From: Hyphomicrobiales bacterium
GTDB taxonomy: Bacteria > Pseudomonadota > Alphaproteobacteria > Rhizobiales > NORP267
Reading direction: 5' to 3'
NCBI GenBank assembly: GCA_021775855.1
Contig: JAJFGZ010000036.1
Location: 330-64,329 of the forward strand
Length of the DNA: 64,000 nucleotides
The notes beneath the pieces were generated by a model, which saw only the letters and a program-made list of their open reading frames with translations, was not told where the DNA came from and did not search any database. The number at the start of each line of letters is the position of its first letter. The first letter of the stretch is position 1. Shown one piece after another: positions 57,653-64,000 of the stretch. A program made the translations under genes and the position numbers.

Positions 57653-59640
57653 TCGGCGGCCTCCTGCATGTGGGCTTCGGGAACGTCAACTGATTGCACG
57701 TCACGAATTTCAACATCGGCTTCGAGCTTGCCTTTGCGGCCATCCTCGAAAGTTACTTCCGTGCTGATATGTTGTTTGTAATTCTTCGGATCATAAAGTG
57801 CATCCACCAGCGGCTTGTAGCGTTCGCCGACAAACCCCCGCCGGACTTTAGCGGTCCGTGTGATTTCACCGTCGTCTGGATCGAGCTCCTTGTGCAGAAC
57901 AAGGAAGCGTTTGATCTGCGCACCTGCAAGATCGCCCTCACCGGCAAGCTGTAGGTTCACCTCGCGGACATGCTCTTCGATCATCGAATAGACTTCCGGA
58001 TGGGCCGCCAGTTCCTGATAAGAACCATAAATAATGTTGTTCTTTTCCGCCCAGTTCGAAACCGATGTCAGATCGATATTGATGAACATCGCACAAAAAT
58101 CGCGCCCATCACCAAACGCCACCGCTTCCTGGATATTGGGGAAGAATTTCAGCTTGTTTTCGATATATTTGGGCGGGAACAGAGTTCCATCCTTCAATTT
58201 GCCCACGTCCTTTGCCCGGTCGATCACGTGCAAATGTCCGGTATCGTCGAAGAACCCGGCATCCCCCGAATGCACCCACCCGTCCTTGGTTTTGGCTTCG
58301 CGGGTCGCGGCCTTGTTTTTATAATATTCGAGGAAGACGCCTGGCGAGCGGTAAAGCACCTCGCCGCTCTTGTCGATCTTGATTTCGACGTCCGGCGCGG
58401 GCTTGCCAACCGTATCTGCCCGGATTTCACCATCCGGTTGCACGGTGACGTAAACCCCGGCTTCGGTCTGGCCGTATAGTTGCTTGAGGTTCAGACCAAG
58501 CGAGCGGTAAAAACTGAAAATTTCCGGTCCAATCGCTTCACCTGCCGTATACCCGACTTTGAGGCGTGAAAATCCCATCTGGTTTTTAAGGGGTCCGTAG
58601 ACAAACAACTCGCCAAGCCAGTATTTCACGCGCTCCATAAAGGGTACTGGTTCTCCATTGAGAATTTTTTCGCCAGACTTTTTAGCGACGTCCATGAAAT
58701 AGTTGTACAACCACCGATTTACAGTGCTGGCATCTTCCATATTGACCGTAATCTGGGTCAGCATGATCTCAAACGGGCGCGGCGGCGCAAAGAAATAAGT
58801 CGGACCAATTTCGCGCCGGTCTTCATTTATTGTTTCCCGGCTCTCGGGACAGGATACGCAGAATCCGGCCGTGTAAGACTGACCGTATGAAAAAATATGA
58901 TCGCCCACCCATGCCATCGGCAAGTAGGCCAACACTTCTTCCATCTCGTCCAGTCCATCGAACGCGTTGCCGTTGCGGGCGCTGATCAGAATATTGTCGT
59001 ATGACAGGACAACACCCTTGGGGCGACCTGTGGTGCCTGACGTATACAGGAATACGGCAATATCCGACCCATTGTATTTATCGAATCCTGCTTCCCATCG
59101 CTCCACCAGTTTCGGATTTTTCTCAATTTCCTTGCGACCGATTTCGATCACACGCTCAAAGCTATGGAGATCCTTGGGGTCGTAATCCTGTAGACCGCGG
59201 TCGTCGTCATAGACGATTTTCCGCAGCTTCGGCAGTTGATCCGCGACAGAGAGCACCTTATCAACCTGCTCCTGATTTTCGACAATGGCGAAGGTAACCT
59301 CGGCATGTTTCAGGACGAAGACCATCTCGTCTGCAACGGAATCCTGATAATTGGGGACAGGAGTTGCACCGAGGCTCTGCACGGCCGCAAAGGTCCAATA
59401 TAATCTCGGACGATTGTCACCCACGATCGCGACCTTGTCGCCGGCTTTGAGGCCCAGCTTCTTGAGCCCGTGGGCATAATTTTTGACAATTTCGTGTACT
59501 TCTTTCCAGGTCCAGCTCTGCCAGATCCCCAAATCCTTCTCGCGCATCGCCGGCCTGTCACCGAAAATGTCCGCGTTGCGAAGGAGGAGTTTTGGAAAGG
59601 TATCGTATTCAGTCTTATCGGTTGCGCCAGCAGCCGCCAT
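57649..59640 (-). CDS. AMP-dependent acyl-CoA synthetase/ligase (long-chain-fatty-acid-CoA-ligase-like)
   Basis: 663 aa. AMP-binding motif LYTSGTTGRPKGV, plus ...YGQTE.. and ...GDAGFFDDTGHLHVIDRAKD.... Confidence 0.9.
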   Translation of the reverse strand: MAAAGATDKTEYDTFPKLLLRNADIFGDRPAMREKDLGIWQSWTWKEVHEIVKNYAHGLKKLGLKAGDKVAIVGDNRPRLYWTFAAVQSLGATPVPNYQDSVADEMVFVLKHAEVTFAIVENQEQVDKVLSVADQLPKLRKIVYDDDRGLQDYDPKDLHSFERVIEIGRKEIEKNPKLVERWEAGFDKYNGSDIAVFLYTSGTTGRPKGVVLSYDNILISARNGNAFDGLDEMEEVLAYLPMAWVGDHIFSYGQSYTAGFCVSCPESRETINEDRREIGPTYFFAPPRPFEIMLTQITVNMEDASTVNRWLYNYFMDVAKKSGEKILNGEPVPFMERVKYWLGELFVYGPLKNQMGFSRLKVGYTAGEAIGPEIFSFYRSLGLNLKQLYGQTEAGVYVTVQPDGEIRADTVGKPAPDVEIKIDKSGEVLYRSPGVFLEYYKNKAATREAKTKDGWVHSGDAGFFDDTGHLHVIDRAKDVGKLKDGTLFPPKYIENKLKFFPNIQEAVAFGDGRDFCAMFINIDLTSVSNWAEKNNIIYGSYQELAAHPEVYSMIEEHVREVNLQLAGEGDLAGAQIKRFLVLHKELDPDDGEITRTAKVRRGFVGERYKPLVDALYDPKNYKQHISTEVTFEDGRKGKLEADVEIRDVQSVDVPEAHMQEAAE

Positions 59641-59871
59641 GAGGTTCCCTCTCGTAATCTGCCCATTATGCGGAATAGCATCAAACCATTTCCGGGCACT
59701 TCATCTTCCAGGCCACTTGTCGTGGCTTATTGTTTTTAGATTGCCGGCGCACATTATACATCTGCGCCCACGATTGTAAGCCCAAATCTGTATCACATTT
59801 TTGCAATCGATAAAGGCTCTATCAATGTAGTTGACCTGACAATTGGTCGCAACGGGATTTGAGAGGACCAG

Positions 59872-62800
59872 CTATTCAGCGGCGCGCGAAAGCGCCGGTT
59901 TTGCCTTTTCGAATTGGTCAAACAACCGTTTCTTTTCAACCTTATAGGCCTCAACGGCTGTATGCTTGACGTGCCCGAAACCTCGGATCGTCTGCGGCAG
60001 ACCGGCCAGCGTGATTGCGACGCTGTAGCGATTCTTGCTCAGCTTGTTGTCAAGCTCCTGCAAAAACGCTTCATAATCGGCCAGCAACGCACGCTCGCCC
60101 CGGCGTTCGCTGGTATACCCGAAGGGATCAAACGCCGTCCCGCGAAGTCCCTTGAAAGCCGCAAGCATGTTGAACGCCTTGCGCATCCAGGGACCGAATG
60201 ATTGCTTGACCAAATGTCCCGTATCGGGGTCGCGTTTGGCGAACAGGGGTGGTGCCAGATGGTAATTGAGTTTGAAGTCGCCTTCAAAATTCTGCGCGAC
60301 TTTCTTCTCAAACGTACCATCGGTATAAAGCCGCGCCACTTCGTATTCGTCCTTGATCGCCATCAGCTTGAACAGTCCGCGTGCGACCGTTTTGGCAAGT
60401 TCGGTCTTGCCGGGCGCGACACTATTCTCTCGTCCACGGATTTTCTCGACCGCTGCTTCATAGCGAGTGGCATAGTCAGCGTTCTGATAGGCGTTCAGGA
60501 ACTGGCTGCGCACCTTGACAATGTCTTCCAGGGTATCGGCAAAGGTTTGTGCTGGAACTTTTGCAGGGGCGATCAGTTTCTCGACCGCCGCCAGATTCTG
60601 GATAGCCCGCCGACCCCAGAGAAAGGCCTGCTGGTTCATCTCGATGGCAATGCCGTTTAGCGCGATCGCCTTATTGATCGCCTCAGCTGATACCGGGATC
60701 ATACCCGACTGGTACGCGGCCCCGAGGGTGAACAGGTTGGCTGCAATGGAATCACCGAGCAGTGCCGTCGCGATCCGAGTCGCATCGAGAAACGCCGCCC
60801 CACCCTTCTTCACCCGCGCTTCGATCGCGACCTTCAGACTGTCGCCCGCAAGATCGAAATCCGGCAGATGGGTAAATTGCGCAGGCATGGTTTCTTGGGC
60901 ATTGACGATCGCCCTTGTCTTGGACCGGCTGGCGGCGTTCAGGTTCTCTTCAGCGGCCGTCGTGACCAGATCGCACCCGATCATAACGTCTGCACCGGCT
61001 TCGGCGATCCTGATTGTCGGGATATCGTCCGGCGATGAGGCGATCTTCATGTGGGTGACCACCGCGCCGTTTTTCTGGGACAGGCCGGCCATGTCGATGA
61101 TCCCGACACCCTTGCCTTCCATATGCGCGGCCATACCGAGGATCTGACCGACGGTTACGACCCCGGTGCCGCCGATCCCGGTAATCAACGCGCTCCAGGG
61201 TGACGCCAGACCGGTAAGGTTTGGTTCGGGAACGACTTCAAAAATGTCTGGAATATCCTGTTTGATACTGCTGGAACCCCTGCGTAATTGACCGCCTTCG
61301 ACAGTCACGAAGCTCGGACAGAACCCGTTCAGGCAGGAAAAGTCCTTGTTACAGGCCGATTGGTCGATCTTGCGCTTGCGGCCAAATTCGGTTTCCAACG
61401 GCGCGATTGCAACGCAGTTGGATTTGACGCCGCAATCGCCGCATCCTTCGCAAACCAGGTCGTTGATAAAGACCCGCCGGTTCGGATTGGGGAAGGTGCC
61501 GCGCTTGCGTCGCCGGCGTTTTTCGGCGGCGCATGTCTGGTCATAGATCAGCGCAGTAACGCCCTTGATCTCCATCAGCTCTTTTTGGACCGCATTCAGT
61601 TCGCTGCGATGGTGCACGGTCGTGTAGGCTGGCAATCCAGAACCGGAACCGTATTTTTCAGGTTCATCGGAGACCACCACCAACCGCTCGACGCCTTCGG
61701 CGACAACCTGCTGGGCGATCATCTGTACCGTCAGCCCGCCTTCATGGGTCTGCCCGCCTGTCATGGCGACTGCATCGTTGTAGAGAATTTTGTAGGTTAT
61801 ATTCACGCCGGACGCGATTGCCGCGCGCAGCGCCAGGACGCCAGAGTGATTGTACGTCCCGTCCCCCAAATTCTGGAAGACATGGTCGCGGGTCGAGAAC
61901 GGCGCCTCGCCAATCCAGTTGGCGCCCTCGCCGCCCATATGCGTGGCACCCTGGGTCTTGCGGTCGGGCACATATTGCGCCATCCAGTGGCAACCGATCC
62001 CGGCATAACCACGTCCACCTTCAGGTACAACCGTCGATGAATTGTGCGGGCACCCGGCGCAAAAATACGGTATGCGGGTGGTAATATCGCCGGAGTTGCG
62101 GACCCGGCGCTGGACGTTTTTCAGCGCGGCAACCTTTTCATCGATTGCCTTGTTGGGTTTCAGCCGTGTCAACCGATCGCCTAGGGCGATGGCAATCTGA
62201 TTCGGGTTCAGCGCTCCATAGGCCTGGAATAACGGATCTCCCGCCTCGCCTTTTTTTCCGACAATTGTCGGCGAGGTTTTGCGGCCATACAGCTGTTCCC
62301 TGATCTGGGTTTCCAGAAGCGAGCGTTTCTCTTCGACGACCACAATATAATCGAGGTCTTTGGAAAACTCCTCGATAATCTTGGGGTCGAGCGGCCACAC
62401 CATTCCAACCTTGAGAAGTCGGATCCCCAGTTTGGCGGATTCCACCTCGTCGATCCCCAGTTGATCCAGTGCCTGGCGGGTATCGAGATAGCTCTTGCCG
62501 GTCGTCAGGATTCCCATCTTCGGTTTTGCGCCACCTCGCAGGACTATCTTGTCGATATTGTTGGCGTACGCGAAGGCGACGGCGGCAAACCGTTTGTGGG
62601 TATGCAGGCGGACTTCCGCCTCGTGACGGTCTTCCCAGGCACGGATATTCAGCCCGCCTTCCGGCATTTTGAACACCTTGGGGTACTTGATCTTGATGCG
62701 CTCGATCCGGCTATCCACGATGGCTGTCGATTCGATATTGTCGTGGACGCATTTGAGCCCCACCCAGCACCCCGAATAGCGCGACAGGGCGATGCCCAGT

Positions 62801-63351
62801 TGGCCATAATCGAGGATTTCCTGAACCCCGGCCGGGTGAAGAACGGGGATCATGGCATCCATCATAGCGAATTCGCTTTGATGGGGAATGGTCGAAGATT
62901 CCGCCGTTGGATCGTCCCCCAACAAGACAAGAACGCCACCATGTTTTGACGACCCGGCGGTATTGGCGTGCCGGAACGCATCTCCCGTCCTATCGACACC
63001 AGGGCCCTTACCGTACCATACGCCGAACACGCCATCGTAAGCGCCTTCGCCGCGCAACTCGGCCTGTTGCGATCCCCACAGCGCGGTCGCCGCCAGATCC
63101 TCGTTCAGACCGGGTTCGAATTTCACATCGTAGGATTCCAGAACCTGCTTAGCCTTCCAGAACTGCTGGTCGACGCCACCCAATGGCGAGCCGCGATACC
63201 CGGTCACATAACCGGCCGTATTCAGGCCTTCATCCTTGTCGCGAATTTTCTGCATCAACGTGAGGCGCACAAGAGCCTGCACACCTGAAAGCAAAACCCG
63301 ATCCTTGCTCAGATCGAATTTATCCCCGAGAGAGACATTCTTGAGAGTCAT
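59872..63351 (-). CDS. Indolepyruvate:ferredoxin oxidoreductase family protein (fused alpha/beta, about 1160 aa)
   Basis: ORF 59872..63360 opens with a GTG. The ATG at 63351 gives MTLKNVSLGDKFDL. TPP-binding region. 4Fe-4S cluster cysteines: CAGCPHNS and CEGCGDCGVKSNC. C-terminal IorB-like domain. Confidence 0.9.
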   Translation of the reverse strand: MTLKNVSLGDKFDLSKDRVLLSGVQALVRLTLMQKIRDKDEGLNTAGYVTGYRGSPLGGVDQQFWKAKQVLESYDVKFEPGLNEDLAATALWGSQQAELRGEGAYDGVFGVWYGKGPGVDRTGDAFRHANTAGSSKHGGVLVLLGDDPTAESSTIPHQSEFAMMDAMIPVLHPAGVQEILDYGQLGIALSRYSGCWVGLKCVHDNIESTAIVDSRIERIKIKYPKVFKMPEGGLNIRAWEDRHEAEVRLHTHKRFAAVAFAYANNIDKIVLRGGAKPKMGILTTGKSYLDTRQALDQLGIDEVESAKLGIRLLKVGMVWPLDPKIIEEFSKDLDYIVVVEEKRSLLETQIREQLYGRKTSPTIVGKKGEAGDPLFQAYGALNPNQIAIALGDRLTRLKPNKAIDEKVAALKNVQRRVRNSGDITTRIPYFCAGCPHNSSTVVPEGGRGYAGIGCHWMAQYVPDRKTQGATHMGGEGANWIGEAPFSTRDHVFQNLGDGTYNHSGVLALRAAIASGVNITYKILYNDAVAMTGGQTHEGGLTVQMIAQQVVAEGVERLVVVSDEPEKYGSGSGLPAYTTVHHRSELNAVQKELMEIKGVTALIYDQTCAAEKRRRRKRGTFPNPNRRVFINDLVCEGCGDCGVKSNCVAIAPLETEFGRKRKIDQSACNKDFSCLNGFCPSFVTVEGGQLRRGSSSIKQDIPDIFEVVPEPNLTGLASPWSALITGIGGTGVVTVGQILGMAAHMEGKGVGIIDMAGLSQKNGAVVTHMKIASSPDDIPTIRIAEAGADVMIGCDLVTTAAEENLNAASRSKTRAIVNAQETMPAQFTHLPDFDLAGDSLKVAIEARVKKGGAAFLDATRIATALLGDSIAANLFTLGAAYQSGMIPVSAEAINKAIALNGIAIEMNQQAFLWGRRAIQNLAAVEKLIAPAKVPAQTFADTLEDIVKVRSQFLNAYQNADYATRYEAAVEKIRGRENSVAPGKTELAKTVARGLFKLMAIKDEYEVARLYTDGTFEKKVAQNFEGDFKLNYHLAPPLFAKRDPDTGHLVKQSFGPWMRKAFNMLAAFKGLRGTAFDPFGYTSERRGERALLADYEAFLQELDNKLSKNRYSVAITLAGLPQTIRGFGHVKHTAVEAYKVEKKRLFDQFEKAKPALSRAAE

Positions 63352-63531
63352 GTTCCTCACCCAAATGTTTCGACTTTTATCGGCTCACACAGCGATTCGA
63401 ATTCAGGGAGCCCTTTATGTGGAACCATTATAGGGCAGTAATACTTACCTATCAAAGCAAAAATTTGTGATCCTGCCCAATAGGATATTGGCTCCTTTTG
63501 GGTTACCCGCTAAAATCCTGTCTCCAGGCAA

Positions 63532-64000
63532 TCAAACGTCCCACGACCAGAATCCATCCCCTTCCTTGACGTAGAACCGCGCGAGCACCATCTTGTGAAC
63601 TTCCGACGCGCCATCGACGATGCGTGCGCAACGGGCATAGCGGTAAATCCACTCTGCTAATGTGTCTTTCGAATACCCGCGCGCGCCGTTCAACTGGATC
63701 GCCGTATCGGCCGCTTTGTGTAGGGTATCAGCTACGTGGATTTTCGCCATGGAAACTTCCTTGCGGGCGTAATCTCCCTGATCCAGCTTCCACGCTGCAT
63801 GCGCGGTCAGGTGCCGCCCGACGGCTATATCGTGGGCCAATTCACCCATTTTGAGTTGCACAGATTCGCGGTCTGCCAGCCGGATACCGAAGCCTTCGCG
63901 TCGCGATGTGTACTCGGCGGCGATTTCCATGCACCGTTTTGAAAGCCCGAGCCAGCGCATGCAATGGGTAAGCCTCGCCGGGCCAAGCCTGATCTGGGTG
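63532..64000 (-). CDS. Acyl-CoA dehydrogenase, C-terminal part (5' end outside the window)
   Basis: The ACAD C-terminal helical domain is visible: ...FGIRLADRESVQLKMGELAHDIAVGRHL...AKIHVADTLHKAADTAIQLNGARGYSKD.... The reading frame stays open to the window edge. Confidence 0.85.
   Translation of the reverse strand, partial: TQIRLGPARLTHCMRWLGLSKRCMEIAAEYTSRREGFGIRLADRESVQLKMGELAHDIAVGRHLTAHAAWKLDQGDYARKEVSMAKIHVADTLHKAADTAIQLNGARGYSKDTLAEWIYRYARCARIVDGASEVHKMVLARFYVKEGDGFWSWDV

Noticed and set aside
59746-59768. The inverted repeat GGCGCA-N11-TGCGCC, together with the nearby GCCAC..GTGGC, between the ior-family gene and the acyl-CoA ligase gene as a terminator.
   Set aside because: The T-run lies on the wrong side for the minus-strand genes and the stem is only 6 bp. 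It could be an operator, but I have no supporting evidence, so it is not reported as a feature.
1-64000. A search for CRISPR arrays, long direct or inverted repeats, IS elements, rRNA, tmRNA, SRP RNA and riboswitches.
   Set aside because: Reading all intergenic regions showed no regularly spaced repeats, no transposase-like ORFs and no conserved core motifs of these RNAs. Only the short repeats listed above were found. A computational repeat and covariance-model scan would be needed to exclude them formally.

Overview
This GC-rich 64 kb window looks like ordinary chromosomal core DNA of an alphaproteobacterium. The lineage call rests on a marker set: CpdR, GapR/DUF2312, DUF1244, DUF1036 overlapping pyk, a TacA-like sigma-54 regulator, split PntAA/PntAB, a 41-aa L36, and an alpha-type RpoH promoter. 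I can support about 56 protein genes, one tRNA-Val(GAC), one ribosomal-protein gene missed by the ORF track (rpmJ), and a few RNA or regulatory elements. I saw no rRNA, CRISPR array, transposase, integrase, prophage or recognisable defence genes. Gene order: pntAB/pntAA, a cox4-like gene, an ABC1 kinase, an ester cyclase and pepF (minus strand). Then a sigma-54 response regulator, ldtD-like plus mepK-like, gapR, DUF1244, FGase, glycerate kinase, DUF1036-pyk, a TPR protein and rpmJ. Next come a LysR-controlled NTF2/DoxX/quinone-oxidoreductase operon, an aminotransferase with a GntR regulator, tRNA-Val, cpdR, a second FGase, an IMPase-family gene and a hydrolase. After that: a secreted orphan, hsp20, an acidic orphan, ltaE, an S9 peptidase and gltBD. 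The remainder holds an envelope cluster (SGNH, small TM protein, MBOAT, SGNH, lytic transglycosylase, OM barrel), then kpsF, glpD, motAB, NfeD/SPFH and hemH. It ends with a large 2-oxoacid/acyl-CoA uptake and activation cluster (PaaK-like ligase, Liv-type ABC transporter, acyl-CoA ligase, fused indolepyruvate:ferredoxin oxidoreductase, acyl-CoA dehydrogenase). The best candidates for something under-described are four. (1) The MBOAT plus two DUF459/SGNH paralogs module next to a lytic transglycosylase, where one paralog has lost the GDS serine. (2) An orphan Rho-independent terminator with anti-SD-like C-rich motifs, suggesting a roughly 95-nt sRNA antisense-adjacent to the IMPase gene. (3) A ROSE-like RNA thermometer behind an RpoH-type promoter upstream of hsp20. 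(4) Two orphan proteins flanking hsp20. None of these is a clear novel multi-gene system such as a defence island, and most of the window is housekeeping. All homology calls come from reading the translations by eye; no database search was run.
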